Source of the DNA: Pseudomonadota bacterium
Lineage (GTDB): Bacteria > Bdellovibrionota_B > Oligoflexia > Oligoflexales > CAIYRB01
DNA: 31,748 bases
Direction: 5' to 3'
Assembly: GCA_031416315.1 (NCBI GenBank)
Contig: JANOTL010000137.1
Location: 1 to 31,748 of the forward strand
Part shown: positions 7,981 to 16,605 of the stretch, one piece after another
Layout of the letters: each line of letters begins with the position of its first letter
Position numbering within the stretch: the first letter of the stretch is position 1
Position numbers and translations under genes: made by a program
The notes under the pieces: generated by a model
Told to the model about the DNA's origin: nothing
Database searches by the model: none
Seen by the model: only the letters and a program-made list of their open reading frames with translations

Positions 7981-9779
7981 CTTTGCTTCCTGATGACGGT
8001 GTTCTCGATGACTAAGACGTCCATGGCGGTCCGGGCAAAGACGGCCAGGGCCTCGAACGGCGTGGTGACTAAGGGAAAGCCGCTCTCGTTGAACGAGGTG
8101 TTGACGACGGCATTGCCGAAAGCGCCGAGCAGCGCGTGAAAACGCGGCTGGGCCACGGGATCAACGATCTGCGGCCGCGTCGTGCCGTCGACGTGGAGGC
8201 CGCAGGCGACGCCGGAGCGGGCTTCGGGGCGGACCGACACGGAAGCCTGCATCCAGCGATACAGCGGGCGATCTAGGTCTGCGGGCGCGCGGGTCTCCAG
8301 CAACCGTGCCGCGTCTTCGCGCGTCATCGACAGCGCATACGGGCGGTACCGCGCCCGGTCTTTCACGGTCTCCGACAGGCGTTTCGCCAACTCTGGAAGG
8401 TCTGGACGAATCAGGATGGAGCGCGCGCCGAGGGCGCGGGGGCCGCTTTCCGCGCGCCCTTGCACCCAGCCGACGATGGCGCCCTGCGTCAGGTCGGCCG
8501 CGACCGCTCGCGCCAGCTCGGAATCGGTCTCGTAGCGCGTGTGCTCCCAGCGCTCGCCGCTCGTCACGGGAAGGCCGAGCTTCAAGTGCCGCCGGAAAGC
8601 TTTCGGCTCGACGTGGGCCAGCATGGCCTCGTCCAAAGCGAATGAGCGCGCCGGACCGACGAAGGGACGATACTCGGCGCTTTGGCCGTGCACCTTCGCG
8701 TCGGCGAGCAGCGCCGCGCCGACGGCGGCACCGCCGTCGCCCGGATCCGGCGGCACGTAGACGTTCTTGAACGGACCCTGATCCAGCAAGCGCGCGTTCG
8801 CGACGCAGTTGAGCGCGGCGCCGCCCGCAAAGCAAAGATTTTCGGCGCCGGTCAGAACGTGTAGGCGGCGCGCGAGCGCCAGGAGGCATTCCTCGAAGAC
8901 GAGCTGGGCGCTGGCGGCGACGTCGGCCCAACGCTGGCTCTGCGGCGCTACGCGCGCAGGCGCGAGGGAGTCGAAGGGCAAGGCGTGCTCGGGCGGGCGC
9001 GGCGCGCCGAACACGTCGAGAAAGCGCGACGACCAAGGCGCGTCGAAGTAGCGGTCGAAGTGGAAAAACGACGCGTCGATCAAGACGCGGCCGTCGGCAT
9101 CGACCTGCATGACCTGCCGCATCTCGCGGGCGTAGCGCGGCTGGCCGAAGGCGGCGAGCGCCATCGTGCTGCACTCGGAGTCCATCGGCTCGAACCCGAG
9201 CCAGGCGGTGACGGCGGAGTATACGAGACCGAGCGAGCTGGGATAGTCGCTTGCGACCAAAGGCGTGATGACCGGCTTGCCGTCGCCGCCGCGGCGGCCG
9301 TGCGCCAGGCTCGTCGTCGCCCATTCGCCGACGGCGTCAATGGTGAGGATCGCGGCGTCGGTCCAGCCGGAGCCGAGGAACGCTTGCGCGGCGTGCGACT
9401 CGTGATGGCCATGCAGCGCGATTTTCGCGGGGTCTATGCCGAGGCGCGTGGCGATCTCGCCCTCGACCCACAGCTTTTTCCCGAGCCAAGCCTTCATCGC
9501 CACGGTGAACTCGCGGCGAGAGCGGGGAAAGGGCGCGATGGTGGAGGCGACGACGCGGGTGAAAGTCTCGCTCGGGCGCTCGTGATAGGCGACGAAATCG
9601 AGATCAGCGGCGGTGAGGCCGGCCTCTGCGAGCACGGAGCGAATGGCGAGCATCGGGAAGTTCGCGTCATGCTTTTGACGGGACAGGCGCTCCTCCGCGC
9701 AGGCGGCGAGGACCTTGCCCTGATGGACGACGGCGGCGGTGGCGTCGTGGAAGCCGTAGCTGATGCCGAGGGTGGCCAT
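7977..9779 (-). CDS. O-carbamoyltransferase (NodU/CmcH/TobZ/SxtI family), 600 aa
   Basis: LGISYGFHDA, EERLSRQKHD, HHESHAA, DAVGE, SLGLVY, AGGAALNCVAN, GD.G.A.GAA, QGRAESGPRALGARSIL, HVDGT, NTSFN. Confidence 0.93.
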   Translation of the reverse strand: MATLGISYGFHDATAAVVHQGKVLAACAEERLSRQKHDANFPMLAIRSVLAEAGLTAADLDFVAYHERPSETFTRVVASTIAPFPRSRREFTVAMKAWLGKKLWVEGEIATRLGIDPAKIALHGHHESHAAQAFLGSGWTDAAILTIDAVGEWATTSLAHGRRGGDGKPVITPLVASDYPSSLGLVYSAVTAWLGFEPMDSECSTMALAAFGQPRYAREMRQVMQVDADGRVLIDASFFHFDRYFDAPWSSRFLDVFGAPRPPEHALPFDSLAPARVAPQSQRWADVAASAQLVFEECLLALARRLHVLTGAENLCFAGGAALNCVANARLLDQGPFKNVYVPPDPGDGGAAVGAALLADAKVHGQSAEYRPFVGPARSFALDEAMLAHVEPKAFRRHLKLGLPVTSGERWEHTRYETDSELARAVAADLTQGAIVGWVQGRAESGPRALGARSILIRPDLPELAKRLSETVKDRARYRPYALSMTREDAARLLETRAPADLDRPLYRWMQASVSVRPEARSGVACGLHVDGTTRPQIVDPVAQPRFHALLGAFGNAVVNTSFNESGFPLVTTPFEALAVFARTAMDVLVIENTVIRKQR

Positions 9780-10510
9780 CAGTGCGCCTCACCGGCGACG
9801 AGGCGAGAAGCCGGCGCAACCGCCGCGGGCGACGGGGCGAGACCCCGCCCGGCAGGCGCCATGCCGAGGCGCCGCCGCGCCGTGCGGCGGCCGAGGACGC
9901 CGACGATCGGATAGACGACGGCGAGGACGAGCGTCCCGAACGCGTTCGTGACGTGCCTGCCGCTGCGCATCCAAGCGTCCCAGGCGCGACGCGCGCGCAC
10001 GTTCCCCGCTTCCTTGCGGAGGGTGCGCGGCGGGACCGTCGAGGCTTTCGCCAGCTCCGCCGCGCCGTGCACGTGCTGCGCCTCGTCGCGAAGAATCTGG
10101 CGCAGGACCTTTTTCAGCGCCCGCAGCTCGGGATCTCTCAGCGCGTCGTGGATGTTCTTGAACCGGGTCGCCGCCGCGCCTTCGCCGACCTGGCAGAAGA
10201 CGTGGAAGCGCCAGAGATCCTCGGGGCTCTCGACGAGCGGTCGCCGCTCCGGCTTGACCGGCTTCATGCGGCCGCCGCCGAGGTCCTTGTAGAGCTTCGC
10301 GAACTCCTCCGCATGCCGCATCTCCTCCAGCACTTGGCCGAAGAGGTCGGCCTTCTCCGCTGGATCCGCGCTGAGCTCGGCCGCGCGCAGAAGGTGCCAG
10401 GCGCTGTCCGCCTCGGTCTCCGAGAAATTCCGGAGCGTGGTCAGAAGCCGCGGGCGCGAGCGCCACGCGAGCGCCACGAGAAAACGGATGCGGAGGCGTT
10501 CGAGAAACAT
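9779..10510 (-). CDS. Ferritin-like (di-iron four-helix bundle) protein with a C-terminal SxtJ-like membrane segment, 243 aa
   Basis: E...EExxH...E...DExxH pattern (ETEADS, EEMRHA, VGEGAA, RDEAQH); C-terminal WDAWMRSGRHVTNAFGTLVLAVVYPIVG; stop overlaps the carbamoyltransferase start by 1 nt. Confidence 0.8.
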   Translation of the reverse strand: MFLERLRIRFLVALAWRSRPRLLTTLRNFSETEADSAWHLLRAAELSADPAEKADLFGQVLEEMRHAEEFAKLYKDLGGGRMKPVKPERRPLVESPEDLWRFHVFCQVGEGAAATRFKNIHDALRDPELRALKKVLRQILRDEAQHVHGAAELAKASTVPPRTLRKEAGNVRARRAWDAWMRSGRHVTNAFGTLVLAVVYPIVGVLGRRTARRRLGMAPAGRGLAPSPAAVAPASRLVAGEAH

Positions 10511-10511
10511 C

Positions 10512-11030
10512 TTAGCGGCAGTTGCCGAGAGCGGTCGGCGCGAGCCCTTTGTACTGCTCGGAGACCAGCGCGACGCCGCCTTCGAAGCTGATCTTCACGG
10601 CCTCCTTGAGGTAGCGCTCGCAGCCGTTCGTGTAGCCGTTCGGGTATCTCAGGATCGAGAGCGTCACCACTTTCGTGACGTTGAGCTTGCCGCCTTGCGC
10701 GGCGGCGTCCGCGAGAATCGTCTGGATCTGCGGGCACAGGCGGCCGGCTTCGCCTTCGCCTTCGACCGAGAGGCTGGCGGCCTGGTGCGTGAACACCGGC
10801 AGATCGTCCTGGCCTTCGATCGCAAGGTTGGCCCAGGCGGTGTCGTAAGGGATGTAGCTTCCCGGGCGGCCGGGCGTGAAGTAGCAGCTGAGGTGGTTGG
10901 CGTCGACGGCGAGCTCCGTGACGTAGGTCTGCTCCGAGATCGGCTCTTCGGACTCGACGGCGAACGCGCCGGTGCTCATTCCGAGCGCGGTGAGGGCGGC
11001 GGCGGCGACTTTTCGTGCGGACGTTTTCAT
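10512..11030 (-). CDS. Secreted hypothetical protein with four Cys, 172 aa
   Basis: Sec signal MKTSARKVAAAALTALGMSTGAFA; AGGGGG SD before ATG 11030; stop 1 nt before the ferritin-like start. Confidence 0.8.
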   Translation of the reverse strand: MKTSARKVAAAALTALGMSTGAFAVESEEPISEQTYVTELAVDANHLSCYFTPGRPGSYIPYDTAWANLAIEGQDDLPVFTHQAASLSVEGEGEAGRLCPQIQTILADAAAQGGKLNVTKVVTLSILRYPNGYTNGCERYLKEAVKISFEGGVALVSEQYKGLAPTALGNCR

Positions 11031-11103
11031 GGTTCCCCCTGGCAAAATAGATTCGAAGACTGGCTTGAGGAAAGCCTAGGCCTTCGGGCCATGCGGGGGC
11101 CAA

Positions 11104-12363
11104 TTATAACGACTCATGCGTGTCATAGGCTAAAGCTATACGGATCGCCTCGGCGGCCATCGCGTAGCCGGTCTCGTCGAAATGCCCGTAATAGCCGCCT
11201 AGAGCGACGTAACGCTCCAAAGGGCGCGGTAGCGCGGCGAAGGTCTCATGCAGGTCGATGGTCGGTATGCCCAAAGCGGCGACACGCGCCAGGAGCTGCG
11301 TTTTGTAGACTTCCGGCGGCATGGCGCCCGGCCGCGGCTTCCGGCCTGCGAACATCCGCGAGTCGGGCACGAGCACGAAGCGGAGCTGTCCACCCCACGA
11401 GCGCACCGTGTCGCGCGCTGCGGCGAGCGCCTCGTCGTGCATCTTCAGCAGCACGGGGCCGGGACCGCCGGCACGCTCGTAGTCCATCACGGCGGGCTCC
11501 GCCGCGGGCGGCGGGCGCAGCGCGGCGTCGAGCTTGAGTTTCAGCCAGTGGCGCAAATTGAGGCCGGTGAGATGATCCCGACCCCGCCGCACGAGCGTCG
11601 GCTCTTCCTGCATCTCGCGCGTCAGCCGCGCCGCCAGAAACGGCTTGAGCGCAGAGTCGACCTCGGGCTGACGTTGCCGCAGGCTCTGCGTGTAGCCAGG
11701 GAGGAGGTAGCGGCGAAGAATGTCGCTGCCGCGCTCGATGCCCAGGTCGATGCCCAGGTCGTTCGGGACGTAGAGCCACAGCACGATCTTGGGCTTCACG
11801 GCGGGCAGATACTCGCGGATGGTCGCGAGATTGCCCAAGGGACCGTTGCCGAAGGAGCCCATGTTGAGCGTGCGGGGAAAGGTCTTGGCGAGCTGCGAGG
11901 GAATGTTGCTCGGGGTCGGGACGCAGGCGCCCTGGGCGAAGGAGTCGCCGACGACGGCGAGGTCGACCTCGGGCTCGTTCCAAAGGGCGTCGGCGTTGGG
12001 GAAGCCGAAACGATCGCTCAGGTAGCTCAGGAAGTCGCCGCCTTCGCGGCAAAAGACCGTCGGGACGTGGGCCACCCCACCGAGAGGAACCAAGCGATTC
12101 GTGGGCGAAATCTCGAGCCCCCGAAACCGGGTCTCCGACAGGATGATCTGCGCCGTCACGGCGGGTTGCGTCGCGGGGTCCGTCGCGCGTAGGGTCACGA
12201 CGCGACGCGCCTTGCTCTCCGGCGCGCAGCAGACGCTGACCACCGCCTCCGCGGCCAGGAAGGCGCCCAAGCAGGCCACGAGGCCCAATCCGGCGAGCCA
12301 GGCGGAGAGCCTGCGAAAGGAGACGGGTTTTGGCGGCGGCGAGACCGAAGGCGAAGCCTGCAT
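11104..12363 (-). CDS. Membrane-anchored SGNH/GDSL hydrolase-like protein, 419 aa
   Basis: N-terminal TM ending AEAVV; block I VVGDSFAQG, block II NMGSFGNGP, block III PND, block V GHFDETGY. Confidence 0.85.
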   Translation of the reverse strand: MQASPSVSPPPKPVSFRRLSAWLAGLGLVACLGAFLAAEAVVSVCCAPESKARRVVTLRATDPATQPAVTAQIILSETRFRGLEISPTNRLVPLGGVAHVPTVFCREGGDFLSYLSDRFGFPNADALWNEPEVDLAVVGDSFAQGACVPTPSNIPSQLAKTFPRTLNMGSFGNGPLGNLATIREYLPAVKPKIVLWLYVPNDLGIDLGIERGSDILRRYLLPGYTQSLRQRQPEVDSALKPFLAARLTREMQEEPTLVRRGRDHLTGLNLRHWLKLKLDAALRPPPAAEPAVMDYERAGGPGPVLLKMHDEALAAARDTVRSWGGQLRFVLVPDSRMFAGRKPRPGAMPPEVYKTQLLARVAALGIPTIDLHETFAALPRPLERYVALGGYYGHFDETGYAMAAEAIRIALAYDTHESL

Positions 12364-12370
12364 GCGCGCG

Positions 12371-12400
12371 AAGCTACAAAAGCGCCGCGGTGCGCGTCAA
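12371..12400 (-). promoter_or_regulatory. Sigma70-like promoter of the SGNH gene, probably giving a leaderless mRNA
   Basis: Minus strand TTGACG-N18-TAGCTT, 7 nt before the ATG at 12363; no SD. Confidence 0.5.
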
Positions 12401-12440
12401 GCCGTGTGCGCCCGCGGCGAAAGATGCGATCCTGTATAAG

Positions 12441-13403
12441 ATGAGCCTCAAGCGAAAAATCTTCCTCGGCTTCATGCTGATGGTCGCCCTCGGCGTGCTC
12501 GTCGTCCGCGACGGCACCTTCGACGACCTCTCAGAGGGCGAGGTGATGGCGCGCTTCGCCAACGTCAACTCCGCCTTCCTCCAAGTCGACGGCATGAACG
12601 TGCATTACCGCGACACCGGCGTCGGGCGGCCCATCGTCCTTCTGCACGGCAACTCTTCCTCGCTCCACGCCTGGGAAGGCTGGGCGAAGGCGATGGAGTC
12701 GCACCGTCGCGTGATCCGCCTGGATCTGCCGGGATTCGGGCTGACCGGCCCGGATCCCTCGGGAAGATACGACTTCTTCAGCCAGAGCCAGTTCCTCGCC
12801 CGCTTCCTCGACGCGCTCGGCGTCCAGGGCGAGGTCGACGTCGCCGGCAACTCGCACGGCGGCCGCGTCGCCTGGACCTTCGCCACGACCTTTCCGGAGC
12901 GCGTGCGCAAATTGATCATGGTCAACGCCGCAGGCTATCCGATGGGCATAAAGCTCTGGGGATTGAAGCTCCGCGGCCTCTGGCCGATCAGCTGGATCGC
13001 GAGCTGGTACACGCCGCGAGCCGTCGTCCGCGTCCTCGTTCGCGACACCTTCGGCGACCCGACGAAGGTCACCGACGAGGTCGTAGACCACTATCACGCC
13101 TTGCAGCTCGTGCCGGGAAACCGCGCCTCGCTCGCCGCGATGAGCTCGATCTACGGCGTCGACGACACCGCCCACATCGTCAAGGTCGCGAAGCCGACGT
13201 TGGTCCTGTGGGGCGCCAAAGACAAGCTCTTCCCGGTCGCCGACGCGCGCCGCTTCGAGAAGGACATCGCGGGCGCGAAGGTGATCGTCTACGAAGGCGT
13301 CGGCCATCTTCCCATGGAAGAGATCCCGGAGCTGTCGGCGCGCGACGCCGAGGCCTTTCTCGACGACGAGACTACAAAAGCGCTCCCGACAATAGCACCC
13401 TAG
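12441..13403 (+). CDS. Alpha/beta-fold hydrolase with N-terminal membrane anchor, 320 aa
   Basis: LLHG, DLPGFGLT, GNSHGG nucleophile, WGAKD, GVGHLPMEE; start moved to ATG 12441 (MSLKRK). Confidence 0.9.
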   Translation: MSLKRKIFLGFMLMVALGVLVVRDGTFDDLSEGEVMARFANVNSAFLQVDGMNVHYRDTGVGRPIVLLHGNSSSLHAWEGWAKAMESHRRVIRLDLPGFGLTGPDPSGRYDFFSQSQFLARFLDALGVQGEVDVAGNSHGGRVAWTFATTFPERVRKLIMVNAAGYPMGIKLWGLKLRGLWPISWIASWYTPRAVVRVLVRDTFGDPTKVTDEVVDHYHALQLVPGNRASLAAMSSIYGVDDTAHIVKVAKPTLVLWGAKDKLFPVADARRFEKDIAGAKVIVYEGVGHLPMEEIPELSARDAEAFLDDETTKALPTIAP

Positions 13404-14700
13404 CGAGCGAAAAGTAGATCACGAGCCCCGACACGTCGACGAGGGTCGCGACGAACGGCGCCGACGCGCTCGCCGGGTCGAAGCCGAATTTGCGGAGGAC
13501 CAGGGGTAGCATCGCGCCGGCCAGGCTGCCCCAGGTGACGACCCCCAGGACGGCGAGGCCGACGGTGGCGGCGATCATTTTGTAGTGCGGCCCGTATGAA
13601 TGAAAGAGCCGTTCCCAGGCGATGATGCGCGAGAAGCCGATGATGCCGAGAAGGGTGCCGAGCACGAGGCCCGAGGCGAGCTCGCGGCGCACGACTCTGA
13701 ACCAGTCGCGCAGGCGCACCTCGCCGAGCGCCATGGAGCGGATGATCAAGGTCGTCGCCTGAGAGCCGGAATTGCCGCCGCTAGAGATGATCAAGGGCAC
13801 GAAGAGCGCGAGAACCACGTTGGCGGCGATCTCGCCCTCGAAATGCGCCATCGCGCTCGCGGTCAGCATCTCGCCGATGAAGAGGATCATGAGCCAGCCG
13901 GCGCGCTTGCGGATGATCACGCCGAGCGCGGTCTGCATGTAGGAGACGTCGAGCGCCTCCATACCGCCCATTTTCTGGATGTCCTCGGTGGCCTCTTCCT
14001 GGACGACGTCGACGATGTCGTCGACGGTGACGATGCCCTTCATCCGGCCTTCGACGTCGACGACCGGAACGGCCATCAGGTCGTGGCTCGCCATCAGCCG
14101 TGCGACGGCCTCCTGGTCCATCGTCTCCGGCACCGTGATCATCTCGGCACGCATGACCTCGCTCACCTTGCGCGAGCCGTGCGCGGCGAAGAGGTCCCGG
14201 AACGAGGCGACGCCGAGAAGGCGCTGCTGGCCGTCGAGGACGTAGCAGTAGTATATGTGCTCGAGCTGCGCGCGCGATTGCCGGCGCAGATACGTGATCG
14301 CCTCATCGACGGTGACGTCAGGGCGCACGCGCGCGAAGCGCGGGTTCATCAAGCCGCCGGCCTCGTCCTCCTCGTAGGCGAGAAGACCGTTCACCTCGCG
14401 GCGCATCGCCTCGTCGAGAAGCTCGAGGAGCGCGACGCGCGTCTCCGGCTCGAGCGCTTGCACGATGTCGGCGCTGTCGTCCGGCGCCAGGGAGCGCATC
14501 AGCATGCGCTGCTCCCCGCGCGGAGCCGCGAGAATGATCGCCGTCTGGTCGTGATGCGAGAGCGAGAGGAAAAACTCGCCGGCGAGCTCGCGCGCCAAGG
14601 TGCGGAAGTGCGCCAAGCGCTCTTCCTCGGGCATGTTCGGCCAGGCCTCGCGAAGCTCCTCCGCCTGGTCTAGCTCATGTTGGCTATGCTGGCTCGTCAC
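13372..14700 (-). CDS. mgtE: Magnesium transporter MgtE
   Basis: MgtE_N, CBS pair (AGGLMNP...GIVTVDDIVD), EEATED, KRAGWL, GGNSGSQ, DPASASAPFVATLVDV. Confidence 0.96.
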   Translation of the reverse strand: MTSQHSQHELDQAEELREAWPNMPEEERLAHFRTLARELAGEFFLSLSHHDQTAIILAAPRGEQRMLMRSLAPDDSADIVQALEPETRVALLELLDEAMRREVNGLLAYEEDEAGGLMNPRFARVRPDVTVDEAITYLRRQSRAQLEHIYYCYVLDGQQRLLGVASFRDLFAAHGSRKVSEVMRAEMITVPETMDQEAVARLMASHDLMAVPVVDVEGRMKGIVTVDDIVDVVQEEATEDIQKMGGMEALDVSYMQTALGVIIRKRAGWLMILFIGEMLTASAMAHFEGEIAANVVLALFVPLIISSGGNSGSQATTLIIRSMALGEVRLRDWFRVVRRELASGLVLGTLLGIIGFSRIIAWERLFHSYGPHYKMIAATVGLAVLGVVTWGSLAGAMLPLVLRKFGFDPASASAPFVATLVDVSGLVIYFSLARVLLSGALL

Positions 14701-14739
14701 GTCGCACCCCGGATGGGGACCAGAGATAGCACAAAAAAA

Positions 14740-16461
14740 TCAGCGGCGAATCGATTTCGGCTGGTGCGCGGGACGTTCTCGACGCGCGTGCTTCTTGAAG
14801 GCCAGCGCGGCGCGCACGGCTTTCGCCGCGTTGATCCGTCCGTAGCCGTATTTTCGGCTGAAACCGCTGCGCGCGTCGTAGTCGGCCAGCTGCGGATGGA
14901 CCTTGTCGGCCGTCGAGGTGACGATCGAAAGGGCCTCGTCCCTGGTGAGCTCTTCGTTGACCGCGAGAACCAGAGCGAAGACTCCGGCCGCCGTCGGGGT
15001 GGCGGCCGAGGTGCCCCCGAAATGGTTGGTGTAGTCGAGGTCGGGGAGCTCCGTCGCCGGGGTGCGACCGCGGTTGTACCCCCGCTGGCCCAGAAGGTCG
15101 GTGCTGGTGATTCCCGGCCGGTCGTTCTCGAACGAGGGCGAGAGGATCTCCATGCAGGGGCCCCAAGCCGAGCCGGCGATCTTCTTGTCGAGGTCGGAGC
15201 TGGCGCTGACGGCGACGACGGTCTCCAGCGAGGAGATGTCGGGATCTCGATTGGTGGTGTCGGCACAGTCGTCCTGGTCGATGTTGTTCATCGCGAACAG
15301 GATGATCGTGCCCTTGCCGCCGCGGCCGCCGCGTGCCGCCTCGGCGATGGCCTCCTCGATGACGTCGGTGGTCGGGGTGCCGACCGGGTAGCCCCAGCTG
15401 TTGGTGATGATGTCGACGCCGAATTTGGCGGCGTAGTAGAAGGCGGCGGCATCGCCTTCGACCTGCCACGACAGGACGGCCGGCATGATCGTGCATTCCG
15501 GGCACATGCCGGAGACGCCCTTGGCGTTGCGGCGCGCGCCGAGGAGCCCGGCGACCGCGGTGCCGTGGTCCGGCAGGACGCCGTTGGCGACGTCGGGGCT
15601 CTTCGCCCAAAAGTTCCAGCCGGAGACGTCGTCGACGTAGCCGTTGCCGTCGTCGTCGATGCCGTTGCCCGGCACCTCGCCCACGTTGCGGAAGAAGGCG
15701 CCCTCGAGGTCGGGATGCGTGACCTCGAAGCCGCCGTCGAGGACGCCGACGAGCAGGTCGGGGTTCCCGAGCGTGTGCTCCCAAGCGCCTTTGGCGGAGA
15801 CGTCGGCGCCGGGCGTGCCGCCGAGCTGGCCCAGGTTCTCCAAGTGCCATTGCTTGGCAAAGAAGGGCTCGGCCTCGGGACCGGCGCGGAAGCTGCCGCG
15901 GTAATCTTTAGGGATCAGGAAGTTCGGATGCGCGTAGCGGACGCCCTTTTTCGCGGCGATGCCGTTCGCAGCCGCGAGCGCCGCCATCGGTGAGGAGAAC
16001 TTCGCCAAATAGAGGCCCGCGCGATACTTCGTCTCGTGGAGCGTCGCGAAGCCCTTCTCCTGGCGGACTCCCGTCGTCGTCGCACCGTCTTCGAGGCGGA
16101 CCACGATCTCGTGCGTCAGGACGCCGACGGCGCCGCGCTCGCGGTCGAACCAGACCGGATAGCCGACGATGTCCTCCTCGTGCCGGACGCTCGAGCGCAG
16201 GACGATCTCGACCCCGAGAAGCGCGAACGCCTTCCTCTCGGACTCCGAATAGCTCGCGACCGTCGCCGCGTCCTGCTCAGTCGCCGCTCTGCCGGCGCGC
16301 AGCGCGACGCGGAGCTTGTCGACGTAGAGCGCATGGCTTTTGCCTCGCACCTGGAAAGTGCTCTCCTCGAGCTCTTCGGTGGCTGGGGTGGCGAGACTGG
16401 GAAACGAGCAGACGACGAGGCAGAGGACCGTGAGCACGGTCCGGGCAGCGAGGCGAGGCAT
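14740..16461 (-). CDS. Secreted S8 subtilisin-like serine peptidase, about 573 aa (alternative start 16491)
   Basis: Signal peptide; propeptide; triad VLDGG / HGTAVAG / GGTSAATP; NGIDDDGNGYVDD Ca-binding insert; YGYGRINA. Confidence 0.93.
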   Translation of the reverse strand: MPRLAARTVLTVLCLVVCSFPSLATPATEELEESTFQVRGKSHALYVDKLRVALRAGRAATEQDAATVASYSESERKAFALLGVEIVLRSSVRHEEDIVGYPVWFDRERGAVGVLTHEIVVRLEDGATTTGVRQEKGFATLHETKYRAGLYLAKFSSPMAALAAANGIAAKKGVRYAHPNFLIPKDYRGSFRAGPEAEPFFAKQWHLENLGQLGGTPGADVSAKGAWEHTLGNPDLLVGVLDGGFEVTHPDLEGAFFRNVGEVPGNGIDDDGNGYVDDVSGWNFWAKSPDVANGVLPDHGTAVAGLLGARRNAKGVSGMCPECTIMPAVLSWQVEGDAAAFYYAAKFGVDIITNSWGYPVGTPTTDVIEEAIAEAARGGRGGKGTIILFAMNNIDQDDCADTTNRDPDISSLETVVAVSASSDLDKKIAGSAWGPCMEILSPSFENDRPGITSTDLLGQRGYNRGRTPATELPDLDYTNHFGGTSAATPTAAGVFALVLAVNEELTRDEALSIVTSTADKVHPQLADYDARSGFSRKYGYGRINAAKAVRAALAFKKHARRERPAHQPKSIRR

Positions 16462-16605
16462 GCGGATTCTCCGGCGGGAGTCTTGTTCCATGATAGCGCT
16501 CTGGAGAGTCCCGCGCCCTCGGCAGGACTTGCCTTGTGCGCGAACGCGCCGTCGTCTCGTATGATTTAGGGAATCGAAACAGCATCAGGTTCTGGAGCAC
16601 GTCGC

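Noticed and set aside
7789..9779. Saxitoxin biosynthesis
   Set aside because: Only the sxtI/J/K-like module is present; no sxtA, sxtG, sxtB or other core genes in the window
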